Shown piece after piece: positions 1 through 15,000 of a stretch of 64,000 nt of DNA. Each line of letters opens with the position of its first letter. Within the stretch, counting starts at the first letter, position 1. The position numbers and the translations under genes were made by a program. The stretch comes from Clostridiales bacterium (GTDB lineage Bacteria > Bacillota > Clostridia > Christensenellales > UBA1242): NCBI GenBank assembly GCA_918292005.1, contig CAKJZJ010000006.1, positions 6,598 to 70,597 of the forward strand. Reading direction: 5' to 3'. The notes beneath the pieces were generated by a model. It searched no databases, was not told where the DNA came from, and worked only from the letters and a program-made list of their open reading frames with translations.

Positions 1-5
1 TAAAA

Positions 6-3000
6 GTGGTCGTATCTGATACTGATAGCAAGACCGATTTGGGTATTGATATTTCTGGTGGCGAAGGCTTTGTATCTACCAAAATAAAGTATTTAGACGG
101 TGGCGTCACCGAGATAACAGTTCAGCCAGTTTCTCCATTAAAAACAGGTAAAGTTACACTTACTGCTACTACCAAAGAAGGCAATAAGTCATACAATATT
201 GATTTAAATATCGATCTCAAATTAAATAGTTTTTCTTTTAAAGAAAATGCTCTAAAAGCCATTGCTAATGGTGGCCAAATAGACCTAAAAAATATAGATG
301 ATTTTATTGAGTTTTATCCTGCCAATACCACTCAGAAAAACATCAAATTTGATATAAGCGTACCAGAGAATGGTATGCAAAATGTCAATGGTACTACGTA
401 TACTTATGACCATTACATGGGTGATGGCAAATATGGTAAATATGCTAGTATTATAGACAATCATATTTTGAAAACCTACAAAACATATACCGACGGACAA
501 TATAAGAATGAGGCTATGGATTATCCTATTACCAATGTTAGTGTGGGTTCTTCACAAACTATTGCTACCAAGGTAGTTACTCTTTCTGCTACTTTTACAC
601 CTAAGAGTGGATCTAGGGCTCCAATAGTCGAATATTGTGATATTGAAGTGGTGGATGAGTGTACTAGTGTTGATGTTAAGATGAATAGCCAGACCAATAT
701 CAATGGCGAAATATCTCTTACTCCAGATGTAAATGGTGTGTATGAGATTGTACTGTTGGACCCTAATTTTAAAGAAGGTATGTTGGGTGTAGATTCGTCT
801 TATTACATTCGTAGACAATTACGCTTTGATTTGAGTCCAGAAGTGGAGGGTGAATACAATCCACAGGATTATGAGATTACTTCTGATACCATTTTGGAGA
901 CAGATAATCAGCCAGTTGTTTTGTCTAGTATTGCACTTAATAGTGATTATGTAGTTCAGGCCCAGAGTAAGGGTGTCTATACTCATAGATTTACCATTAG
1001 ACACATCAAATATCCAGGACTATTTGATAGAGATGTGCTTGTTAAATTTATAGTAAAAAGTATACCTACCAAAATTGGCTTAAATGATGAAGAAATCGTA
1101 TTGAATACCATGGGCGATAAGGTTTACACCATATACGATTATTATCCTAGTTGGTCATATGGTACTAGATTTAAAGTTCAATTAAATAGTGACTTCAAAT
1201 ATTTTGTTTACTTCGATGGCGAAAATGACACAGAAATATTTGATGCAGTGAATCTATATAAAAGTGACGGCTCCTTACAGAGATTTGGATTGATATCTGA
1301 GAGTACAAATGGTGGCATGGATATTGTGTCTGCTACAGGTGAAGGGGAGTGCTCTAGATTTAGGAATGAGAGCTTCTATCTCAGTCATGCTTTGACCACG
1401 CTTCCAGATATTGATATTGGATTGAATGTCGGTGTGGATTTTTCCATGATTGCTGATAGTTATAGTGAAGAATTAGCACAAGAATTCTATACATCTGTGC
1501 TTACTTTCCCATTCAGAATTAGATTTGAGAATGGTATTAGAAAGATAGCATTTACGAATGCTGAATATCACGTTGATCTAACTAATGATGCATTTGTGGT
1601 TGGTAGTGAAACTGATGGTATCAAATTGTTCGAATTGCCACAGGGACAGACTCGTGAGTCTGCTATTGCTAGCATTACCTACAATGAAGATTTGGTTTCT
1701 ATTTATTCTACTGTAGACGAAGACACTAGAATCGCTTCTTTCTACCTAAAAGCCAATGCGAATTTGATTGTAGATAAGACTGTTGTTAGAGTCACTGCAA
1801 ATAATGGTGTTAGTAATTCTGCCGTAGTACACACTTACATTCCTACTGCTTATTATAGAGTTACTCCTGAGACTCCACAATTACCATTAAGTGTAGAAAT
1901 TAATAAATATAGTTCTGCATACTTGTATCATTTGAATGGTAATGTTTTGGATGAAGAAGGTAATCTAAAAGTTGAAGATATCAAAGAAATGAAAGATACC
2001 AATGGTGTATATAATGATTTCGTTTTGAGTGATAATACGGGTATTGAGTGGGGCAGGTACAATTCTGTTGGTACACTTTATTTGATTAATAATGCACAGC
2101 AAGAAATTCGTTTCTATGACTATAGATTGGGTTATACTGATGATGACTATTTCGATAGACAAATATTCCCTATAGATATTACGAATAATGTCAAGGTTTC
2201 ATTCAATTACAATAATTATGTTTCGTATAGAAATGGTGTTTTGACTACTAATGACCGTGTTACTTTGAGCCTAACATCTCCTATTATTATGACAATCAAA
2301 TACATTGGTGCACATGATGAATTAGATGCTCAAGGTCAGGTTGTTTTAGACGATAATGGTAATCCTACATATGTTCTTTACGAAGAAGTTCATACCATAG
2401 ATATCTACATCTACGATCCACTAGAGGGTGTAGAAGTTACTACTTCCAAACAGGTAGAGATCTACATGAGAGATACTCTTAGTTATTACGACCAAGCATT
2501 GTCCGAGGGTGTTATTAAATCTACATTCGTACCAGACAAAATCAACCTTGGTTCTCAATGGAATGAAATATTCCTAGATGGTGAAGGTGGGGAAGAAAAT
2601 CCTGTAAATTCAACTATAAATATGAAAGGTTCACTAGGTGTACCTGTTGAATTATTGTATGATTTTGAGACTACATTGCAGAATGTTATCATGAAAGATG
2701 ATGGCTCTCAATTAATAGTATATTCTGATAGTGGTGCAGAACATTATGAATTGCACTATATGGATTTGTTTGAGGCACAGTGGGAGTCTTATGAATGTTA
2801 TGTTGTCGCTAGATTACATGATAATCTAAAAAGTTGGATAGATGAATATTATGGTGGTAGGACTGATGCATTCCTAAAGAATATATTTACCAATGATATC
2901 ACACTTACCATCTATGTATCTATCAGACAATTTGGCAAATTGCAGAATATCAATTCGGTTAATTTTACTGCTAAATATGCAAATAAAATAGGTGGTATTA

Positions 3001-6000
3001 GAATTGATGCAGATAGTGATGGTGTATATTTCGAAGTAAGAAATGGACAAAGTAGGCCAGAGAGTATTACATTGAATTACACTATAGATACTGCCGAAGT
3101 AGCCAATAGAAATATTAGACTATACAATTTTGATACTTCCAGTTATCATGCTACTGTTAGGGTAAATTCTCTAGGTAATGGAGGTACTATTACCATAGTT
3201 CCTACCAATGTTTGTGGTGAAAACTACCTTACTATAGTTCCAGAAGACAATATTAAAAATATTACCGATAGTGGTGTGGTTTATTACAATCTCAATCTGG
3301 TCAAAACAATCCGTGTGAAAGTTGCCGATGGATCCGAAGCATATCCTTTTGAAATTAGAAATACAGAAGAGTATGCACAGATGCTTCGAGATATTGATAA
3401 TAATCAATTATACTACTATATCGTCACTAGGGATATTAATCTATCGCCACTGAATAATAGCTATAGAAATGGCAGTGCCATCAAGGATATTCCACATGGA
3501 GATGGGGTAGGTTATTTCTCTCTTAGTGGTAGATTGGATTATTACAATCACGATGGTGTACTGAGTACCAGATATAGCTCGCTATACAATTTAAATATTA
3601 ATATGACCATGAACATTCCAAAATCTAATATTGGTTTGTTCGGTAGTTTTGGCAGTAATGTTACAATCAAATATTTGGGCGTAGCCAATGCTAGTATTAG
3701 GGTAACTATACCTACAGCATATAATAGTGATTTATCTGTTGGTATTCTTGTTGGTAGTTCTGAAAATGCTACGATTATTGGTTGTAAAGTATCTGGTTCA
3801 ATCAGAATTAATTCTGAGACTACAACGATATATTCAAGTAAGGCAAGAATTGGTGGTATGATTGGTTATTCCAAAGGAACTACTATCAAAGGTCTACCTG
3901 GAGATTATGAAAATGGTGTAGTCACTACTGGTAATAATGTAAATTGTAGTCTTGAATTAAACGGCTTGTTAGGAGCTACACAGGTATATGCAGGTGGACT
4001 AGTAGGTTACGCAGATGGTACATACATTGGTAATATTAATGATAATTCACAGGGAATACAGATTTTGTCTGTTATTGCTACATCTAATATTCTTAGTGCC
4101 CATCTCGGTGGTGTTGTAGGGGGTATGGTAGGAGGTTACATTTGTGATGCAAAAGTATATCCTACAATGAATATTTCTAGCATGTTAGACCATGGGGCTA
4201 ATGCAATCATTGCTGGTGGTATTGTTGGCAAAATGGAAAATGCTAGGATATCATCATCTATTGTATATTTTGTTAATATCGGTGAAGAGTATGATTGGAA
4301 TAAAAAAGCCAATATTCAAATCAACGTAAATAATAATACGACTACATTCGGTGGACTTGTTGGTCAGATGCTGAATGGTGATAATCTTGCTACCATTGAA
4401 TACTCTTACGTAAGAAGTTTCTATAATTCTATAATATCCAATACATATGCAGGCAATATAGTTGCTAATATTACTAGTGTTGATTCTGCTGTCGGTGGCT
4501 TGGTTGGAAATGTTCAGAGTGGAACAATTACATCTAGTTACTTTAATGCAGATATACTCACACGTAATAATGTGTCTGTTGGTATGCTGGCATCAAAATT
4601 TAGTGGTAAGATCTATAGTAGTTATGCAATAGGAAAGTTGTATACATTTAGTGGTATTTCTAATGATAATGAATTGATGAATTTGGCTGTTGTTGGTGCC
4701 AAAGTACAGGGAATGGGGGTTATCTCTGGACTAACATTTGGTAATAATAATAACGTACAATATTCGGGAATTTACGAGTCTTATGCAATTATTAATGAGA
4801 ACGATTATTACATTCTAAACTCAGGCAATGTAGAATATTTTGAAGGTACAACTATTGGTAATACGAAAACATGGTTTAAAGAAGAGTTGGGCTTTGCTAT
4901 CACAGATGGCGGAAGTACCGAGCCATACCAGTTTGTTAGTGATATTGAGAATCCTGCCAATAATTCTAGATGGTTTATCAATGACAATGCTAATAAAGTT
5001 ATCTATTTGGGCAATTCAAAGCCATTCCCTATTATTCTAAAAGGGACTAAGGCTCTATATGATTTGATTCCTACAGGTATGAGTACGCAGATCAATGAAC
5101 GTCCTACTCTATTTGATTTGACTTATGCTGGAACAACCCAAGTAATGATGTATTTAAATTCCGATGCTGATGGTAATACTGTTAAGGCTCTTTATGAGAT
5201 TTCTGTTGATAAGGCAAATCCTGCAATAAAAATTAAATTAAATGGTACAACAATTATTACCGAATACATTAGAATTGATTTGAATGATTCTATAGAAATA
5301 TCCGAAGATAGCGATGGAAATATTATTAAAATTAATGGTAGTAGGATTGAACCACAGAGTGAAGGTGTAGCAATCATTACGGTTCGAAGTTATCTGGATA
5401 AAACAATCAAATGTGAAATTTTAGTGCAGGTAGTCAAAGGTATTACCGATTTTGAGATAAAGGATACCGATAATAATGCTTTGCGCTATGCTACAACCAA
5501 TTTTACAGGATCGGCTGCTACAGTTTGGGTAGATGAGACATCATATTATACTTTATCTACAATCAATAAAATTGATGGTTTCTATTATCCTAGCAATCAA
5601 GATGTAGGATACATAGTAGAAATATTGGATGTTACAGATCCAGGAGATCCTAGTATCAAGAATGCTAAAATCAAATTAAATAATAAAAATCAATATTGTT
5701 TTGATTCGGACGCTCCTACTAATAATGTATTTAGATTAAATGCATCCAATATAACAATGAGTGGATGTGATGTGGGTTTGTTCAAATTGAAATTTACTCC
5801 ATTTGCTGTACTTAGTCCAGATATTAATTACACGTCTACATATTATGATGTGAATGGTGGAATGGTTTATTTCAGTGGTATTAAGGTGCTAGATATTAGC
5901 CACGAATATCTATTCAGGTCGGCTTCTAGAGCAATGTCTATAGAGACCAATATTCCTAATGTAGAATTAACTACTAGGAATACAAGTAGAATAAATATTG

Positions 6001-9000
6001 CATTTGAGACTAGCAATCTGGTATTTACAGAATCAGCAGAACCAAATATAAAAATGATATCACTCATTCAGATCGGCAATAATGAATATGAAGGTATTAG
6101 TTTCTTAGGTAATACGTTTACATTTGAGAATGTTGCATTTGTAGAAAATGGTGGCAGATACTATGCCGATGAGAATAGTGTTCTAGTCAATAATTCTTTA
6201 ATTAAAGATTTTGAATATGAATTGATAAATGTATCGTTTAGAACTATTTCGATTGAAAAAACTAATACGAATATTGAAACCAGACTAAATACTTACAAAG
6301 TTTCGTTCGATATTGATATATCTTTTGATAAAGAATATTATAGGCAGAATGCAGATAGGTTTGATTTAAATAATGCTAATTATGATGTTGTATTTACACC
6401 TAATAGTAATCCAAGTTTAGGGGCTACATGTCGAGTTGATATTAGACCTGCAGAATTAACAGGTATATTTGCAAATTATTATTCCAGAGGCGAAAAACTC
6501 TTAACGGAAGGCACCGGCGATGCTTATGATATGACAGAGATAGAAGGTATGTATATTGTACCTGGTAGAACTGGTATTTTGAAATTAACCCTAGGTGAAG
6601 AGTTTAATGATAGTAGTTATATTACAATCACAACCAGCAATGATAATATGAATTATCTGCAAATGACTCAATTATATGGAATTATATCTAGTAATGATGA
6701 ATTAGGTGATTTGGGTGAAGTAAATAGTTATGGATTGTATGAATATGCTACACGACTAAATTATCCTAATACCTATGGTTTGCAATTGTCGAAGATGTCT
6801 ATCAACTATCTTGATAGGAGTTATTTCAATAATACCTATTACGTTCAGATAGATCTTAGCAGAGATTATGGTGATCTAAACACAATTACATTTATTGTTT
6901 CTTCTTACACAAGAGGTTTAAACAATGTCAATACTTTGAAACTTGATAAACGCTTTACGTATAGAATAGCCGAGATACCTATGCTTAATGTAACAATCGC
7001 TAATGATAATTATGTGGACATGAGTGTGGGTACGGAGAGACCACTTGAGTTTAAATATAGGGGAGTGAATAGTGATCTTAGTTATTCAATTGCATTTGAT
7101 GGCATTGTAAATGAAGATATTTCAGACTATGTATATATTATAGACGATGAGGGTAATAGAACATATAATACGTTATCCATAGATTATATTATGTCTGGTA
7201 GATTATACTATATTAGACTTGATGTATCAGTCGTATTTAATGATAACAACTTGTTCTTTGATAGATTAGGACACCTAATAACGATTATATTTAGTGTAGA
7301 AGAATATGTTTACGGTAGGCTAGAACATGCTACTAGCAAGTTGGAAATAAATCCTGTTGAATTTGAAATAGAAGACGTAGTGATTTGTGGTGCAAGTAAT
7401 GGAGAGCTTACCATTCTACATGGAGAACGCAAAAATTTCACAGTAAAAATCATATACAAAGATATCGTCATAGGTGATGCTGAATTATTGACAAAATATA
7501 ATCAGTATTTGAATATATATTTTGGTTATCAAAGTGAAGAATTGGGTAGAATTGAAGCATTAGAATATAGACTGGCTAATACCTCAGTAAAAGACGAAAC
7601 AGGTAATAACCTGGTAGTTAGAGCAAATTATCTCAATGGATATATAGACGAAGATAATTATTCGCTTATTATCGATGGCATGCACAATGGCATTAGGGTA
7701 AGTGATGATAGTATGTCTGTATACGGCAAAAATAATAGACGTCTAGAATTTGAATTCAAATATTTCAAAGGCGTTGTGTTGTCTAATAATACCAGAATTA
7801 GATTAGAAACTCACTATTATTATGATAATAATGGTAGGATAGTGATTGGTTTTGGTGATGAGAAATATAATTATCCTATTACTAAAGATTTAACAATTAT
7901 AGTCAAAGATAATTCCAGATATGATCATCCTATTCCTATTGAAAATCAATTAGATTTACAGAGATATTCTACATCGCAGGGTGGTAACTTCATATTGCTT
8001 AATAATATTGATTTGTATGATTGGGTACCACAAGATGCTACATTTGATTCGCTAGATGGTAATGGCTATAAGATTACTTTGCATAGTCTAAAGCTAGAGG
8101 GACTTAGAAGTGGTGATGTAAATATTGGTATATTTAAAACCACATCAGAGACTACTTTGCTTAAAAATATTATTGTTGATGTTTCACCAATGTTAATTGA
8201 TTCTGTTGAGATGCTTAATAATATTTCCGTCTCAGAAAATGCAGTAGCGAATGCATATTCATATCCAGCTGATATAGATTTGAGCCTAGTGGCAAAAGTG
8301 AATTTTGGTATTTTAGTTGGTTCTAATGCAGGTGCTATTACAAATGCTAGAATTATTAATACTGCTATACCAGAGAGCAATAATGCACGCATTTACTTCC
8401 ATGTTGTAACAACACAAGGATATATCAATAATGCACTTGCTCAATCTAATATTGGTGGTATTGCTGGTGTAAATACAGAAACTGGTGCTATTACAAATTC
8501 CTATGTCGGTTTAAATATATCTACAACTACGACAGGAGAAAGTGGTGCATCGGCCACCATTCAAATGATTAGTAGTCCTAGTAAACTAGAATATAATAAT
8601 ACCAATGATAGTCTATTTGCTGTTAATACATATCCATTCGTATTGGCTGGTGGAAACAATTTGGCAGGTATCACAGCAGTGAATGATGGTATTATTAGTA
8701 ATACATACAATAAAGGTATGGGACTATACAATACATTCCCATATTCCGAAGATGCCAAGACGGGTGGTTTGGTGGCAACCAATACAGGTAAACTTACCAG
8801 TTGTTATGTTGAAGGCTCTGAGATACAAAATTATAGAGCGTTAGACAATGCCTACAGAATAGAGGCGATTGGTACTATTGGTGGATTGGTTCATACCAAT
8901 ACAGGTATAATTGAAAATGCATACAGTAATGCATATCTGGAAACACAATCAACCTTTATCGGTGGCTTTGTATATTCTAATTCGGGTATTATTCACAATG

Positions 9001-12000
9001 CATATTCAACTGCTGTCAATAGAAATAGTCTGGCTACTGGTCAATTTACCGGTGTGAAACGTAGTGTCCTACAAAATACTGGTACATATGAGAATTGTTA
9101 TTATCTAGTAGATAGCAGTCAGAATGAATTGTCTAATGCTGACGAAGATGCTGTGGCAATCGTAGGAAATATGCACGGCAATAATGAAAGCAACTTTGAT
9201 ATAAAGAAGACATGGAGTGGATTCTCATTCAGTAATGATGTAAATCCAGAAGCCATCTGGACAATAGGTAAGGGACGTACTCCATATATAGCAACTACAT
9301 TTATAGATACAATATCCTTTAGATTGCTTACAGATGTAGAAGTGCTGGAAAATAGCGAAAGTAATGAAACAACTATTCAAGAGAATGCTTCAGCATCATT
9401 ATATAGTTATGAATACAATGGTTTGTATGGGCTAGGCTCGATGCACAATCCATTAATAATTGATACTGCTAAACATTTTATGACATATATTATCATTGAA
9501 TCATCTGATTATGGTTATGGCAATAATAGTCGTAAAATATTTGGTCTAGGTGATGGCTCTGGTAGTGTACTTTATAGTGGTGTAAATTACGTAAGGATAG
9601 TTAATAATCTTGACTTTAGCAAAATTATTACATCTAATACAGTTACTCAGGATAATGCATATCTGTATGAGACAGTATTTGCTGGAAACTTAGATGGTAA
9701 TGGTATGACATTCAGATCTCTGAATATCAATACTGATACCACCAATTTAAAGAACTTTGGTCTATTTGCTCAGATTGGATTGCCTAGCACAGCAGATTCA
9801 AAAAATAATTTAATATATGGTATGCAGCTACCAGTTTCGTCTGAGAAAACAGTTATAAAAAATTTAAGTCTAGAACTTAATTCTTATAAATCTAATGGTA
9901 ATAATAGATCGGGTGTACTTGCAGGTACAATAGTCAATACCAATATTATAAATGTTTCAATCAATGGTAATGGCAATAAGGTAAGTGGTCTCAATATGGC
10001 TGGAGCACTAGCAGGACTCATCTATGCTGATGAAAGTAGTTCTGTATCGCTTATAGATATTACTGTTGAAGATATAGAAGCAGAAGCAACTTATGGTAGC
10101 CTAGGCGGTGCTATTACAGCCTTTACGGGTGTCGAAGATGAATTGTATACTAAATTCAGTATTACTAGCACTATTACAGGCACCACAAAGCTTGATGCAC
10201 AATTTGCTTCATTATATGATGGGATTACAAAATTGGTAAAGGATAATATGGACAATACTCCTAATGTATCCTATGCCGGTGCAGTGGCTGGTGTAATACT
10301 TGCCAATAACTATAAGACAGCACTGGCAATCAAAAATAACACTATCGAATATAGAACAGATGCAGATAGTAATACTATAGACAATATCACAGTACAGGGT
10401 GGAATAACTATTAGTACTGCAGATAATGCCGGTGGACTATTTGGTTACATTGGCGAAAATACACATGTCAAAAATTCTAGATTTGTTGTATCGGATAGTG
10501 GTCAATTACTAAAGGCGTATAATAATGTTGGTGGTATCGTTGGTGAAAATCACGGCATTATTGAAAAGTGTTCTGTAGCATATGCAGACGATGCTCAAAA
10601 AGAATTGGATGATACTATCCTATCTACTACAGATGATAGAGTCAGTGGTACAGTAACATTGTTTGATGCTGACACTGATACACCATATTATGTTGTATCT
10701 ATTGGTGGTATAGCTGGTTATAGTAGCCGTGGTGTGATTATAGACTGTATGTCTAAAGTCAATGTTGTGAAACCTCTTTCGTATATTGCCGGTGGTGTAA
10801 TTGGCCATGCTTCAAATTACAATTATATAGGGTATACGTACACTACAGGGGCAGTTTATGGCAAAAACATTACAGGTGGTGTCATAGGCTTGCACAATGC
10901 CGAAAATATTTCCAATGATTTATCTGATGTGTTGTACATGGAAAAAGTCTTTGCGCTCAATAATTGGAACCTGGTTTCTGATTCATTTGATTATAGAAAT
11001 GCTATTACTAAATCTTTGTATGACAATCAAAAACTTTTATACAAAAATGAAGCGAGTGGTGTAGAAATTACATACGATAATTTCTATATCAAGATGCCAG
11101 AAATTGGTAATGATGCAGGTGAAGTACAGGTAGATAATCCTGCCGATTCATCCGCAAATACACTTAAAAATTATTACAACCACAATCATAATACTACATA
11201 TGTAGGCTCTGTTGTGGGTGAATATTTGGTGACGACTGGCGGTGTATGTCAAACTTATATGGATGATGTTAATCGCACAATGTTTAAATATGATGTACTT
11301 GGTGTTGGTGCCGACGATGCTTTATCTGTTTCATATTTTGCTAGCCAATCTAAAGCAGTTGTTAGTACTACTCTTGGATTTATGAGTACTACGGGTAATA
11401 GCGAGACCTATACTAGAGTAGACAATTATACTACTTCCACATTTGATTTGGATATCGGTGAAGATAATTCAGTTACTCTGTATAGTTATAGAGTAGCATA
11501 TACCGGTGAGAATGAATTGAATGCATATGAGTTTAATATGAGTGATACTACCAAGTATCTAGATAAATTAGCATTTACAAAAAGATTTACCACTCAAGAA
11601 TACATTGAACAGGTACTAGGTGATTATTATTTTGTAAATGAGAATAATACTCGTACAAGGAATCTATTCAAAAATGTGTTTAATATTAATAGATCTGATG
11701 GTGGTGTTGGGGATGATGTTGACACAATGTATCACTCTAGTATAGATGAATACAATGAAACTCCAAACAAAGTATGGACTACTAAAGATGTATTGCCTAG
11801 ATATAGTAGTGAAGTAGATAATGCAATAGCAGAGATTAGAAACTTAGAAGAATTAAAGCAAGCATTAAATAGTTCTGCAGAAGGCAAGATTTACTATGTT
11901 AAACCAGATGTTGCAAATTATACTATTTCGTATACGATTTCTGATGTAGAAAAATTTGTTATGTATAATAATGTAATTAATTCCAGATACATTGGTGAAA

Positions 12001-15000
12001 TAAAAGATGGTGTAAAACCAACACTCAATTTTGTAATAGAAGATTCAAACAAATTTGCTACTCTATTCAATATGTTAAATGGTGCATCTTTTGATAGTAT
12101 TAATTTTGTATTTACATTTAGTCAAACGACGAATAATATTTTAGGTTCTCATAAATTATCTGATGGATTTGGATTACTTGCCAATGTTATGAATAGTACA
12201 ACAATTCAGGATTGTGAATTTAAATTGGTATTTAGTAATAGTATAATATTTGATTCCAAAGATTCAGGAAATCCTAATAGCATAGTAGAATTTAAACCTA
12301 ATTCTGCTGGTTTAGTATTCGGTAGTATTAATAATTGTGTGATTAAAAATACTAAGTTTGAAATAACAATACCTAGTCTAGAAGTTACCAATAATTCAAT
12401 TAATAATTTTGGTATGTTTGCTGGTAGTGTGAATAATTCTACTATCAAAGATAATCAATTCAAACTTAATAATAATGTTGCAATAACAATATCTGATGAT
12501 ACTACTGCAGGTGTAAATACTATAGAGCAAAATATTGGTGGAATAATTGGTTATGCTAGGGGATTAAGGTATAGTAATAACGACTTTACTTCTAACACAT
12601 TTAATGTAACTATCAACGACAATTCAACGAATCGTGTAAACAAAAATATTGGTGCACTTATAGGGACTCTCTATAATTCTACTATGTTAGGTGTAAACGA
12701 AACGATTAATTTTGAATATAATGGAAATGGCCTTAATAGTCTTAATTCATCTGCACTGATAGGTGTTTCTAAAGGTAGCATATTAGATAACATTAATATT
12801 GAGGGTAGTGCACAAGTTGCGAATTATGATCCTCAAGCAGCTATAGATAATATTTGTTATGGCTCAATTGTTGGTAGTGATCTATCCGATACAATGCTAA
12901 GTAATTCTGGTTCTAATGTTACTACCCAAATAGCTTGTTATGCCTTCAATGTATCAGCAGGTGGATTGATTGGTAAAACAGTTAAATCGGGTAAATTACT
13001 AAATAGTACATATAATAATGGCAAAATAACGGTAAATAATGGTCAAACTGGTATAGCTAGTACCGAGAATACTCCAGGAAAATCGGTTAACACATATGTA
13101 GGTGGTCTAATTGGATATGTTACTACATCTTTGGATATTGATGGTGTATTCAATACTGGAGATATATACATTAATTATGCAGATAATGCTCTAAACCGTA
13201 TATGTGTAGGTGGTCTAGTAGGCTACTCTACTGGTTACGTAGTAATGAACAATTTCGCTTCTATTGGCGATATAATGATGTCTACAGAGTTTGAAAATAC
13301 AATTGCATATTTGTCGGGTGTATTAGGTCTCAATAGTAGAACATTTACAGGTACTTATGGCTATTCATATACCGAGTTTAAAAAGCACGATGTGGGTGAT
13401 GACTACTTTAGGTATTCGTTTACTCATACAGTGACATCTGCTATTACTAATAATTCTATTACTTCATCTACGAATAATGTCTACTATGCACAAGAATTTG
13501 TTGGTAATAATTATGATAGAGCAGATTATCTATTTGAGACTTTTGCAATAGGTGATTTGTATAATTGTATTTCGTCAGATTCGGCTATTTATAGGTTGAT
13601 TGATGAGAATTATAAGCCGGTAGACGAAAAGGGTAATCTAAAGGAAGATTATACTACACCAATGAGTTCTCATAGGACAGGTAATATCTATTTGCCATTG
13701 CCAAAAGCAATAGAGAGTAAATGCAAGACTTATTCTAGTGAAGGAAATTCAAAATTCAATGTAAAAACAACTAACCAAATTGATTCTAATTATTACAATG
13801 TTATATTTAATGACACGAGTAATGACACGAGTCTAAGCATTAATAATGTAAAAGCACACACAATCGTTTCTGGACGTACGGGTGCATATGGAAAAAGTAT
13901 AATTACAGGTGGAAATACTGCTTTTGGGATTATTAGTAGTGATGCTGTTGTATCTAATTTGTACATTAAAAATAATTCTTTGTCTACTACAAATAATGGC
14001 TTAATTACCCATTGTTATGTATATGGTACCACTGAGACTAATATATTATTATCTACTACAAATAATGGTACCATCTATGCTAGTGCTACGGCAGTTGAAT
14101 ATTTGCCAAATGTTGGTGGACTAACCATGACTGGTCTTGTGAAAACTAATAAAGGCGTCATATCCGATTGTTATTCTATTAGTTTCCCTTATTCTGCAAG
14201 TACAAATGAAAAAACCAAAGTGAATGGTTTGGTAAACGACAATACCGATGGAACTATACAGAATTCATATTACTATATTGTTCCAGAGGCTATGGATTGT
14301 GTGAGCGAACATGCTATTATACTAGAAAATAACTATAAAGGAACCATTAGTAAGACCGTTGTGGCCAATACTCCAGTTCCTGGATTTGTGGCTAGTAGAC
14401 GGGCTATTTGGAGCGAAGGATTTGATGAAAAGATAGGGAATACCCAACTCAAAGGCTTCAAAAATACTTCTGATTCTGGTGTTGTTATGACGATCAAATT
14501 GAAGCTAAAAGACAATAGCGTAGTAACCTATGACGCTGGCAAAGATGTATCAAATATGAAAGACGATATCACAGCCAAATCTGGTTTGGCAGAGACGGAT
14601 GCTACGGATTATCAATTAGATTTCTATAAGAATTCTTTTGAAAAGCCAATATATAGAGTTGTTAAAATCACAACTGGTGACCAATTTATCACATATTTCA
14701 GTAGTCTAAGAGGCGATATAGTGCCTGTCAATACAATAGTATTGTTGGTTGGGGAAATTAATGTTGATGACATTTCACGTCTACATCCATTCTCTATTCC
14801 AGATGGTTCTGCTATTATTGGTATTAATGCAATAGTATCGTTTAAAGATGGTGATAATAATGCTGAATTTAGCGAAGAAATCATTAATGCCAATTATGGA
14901 ATGATACTGAATGTTACATTTAAAGACTTTACGATAAGGGGTAATTATTCTATGAATGGTCTTGCTCCAATTCGTAAAAATAATGGCGTGATTGCAAATG

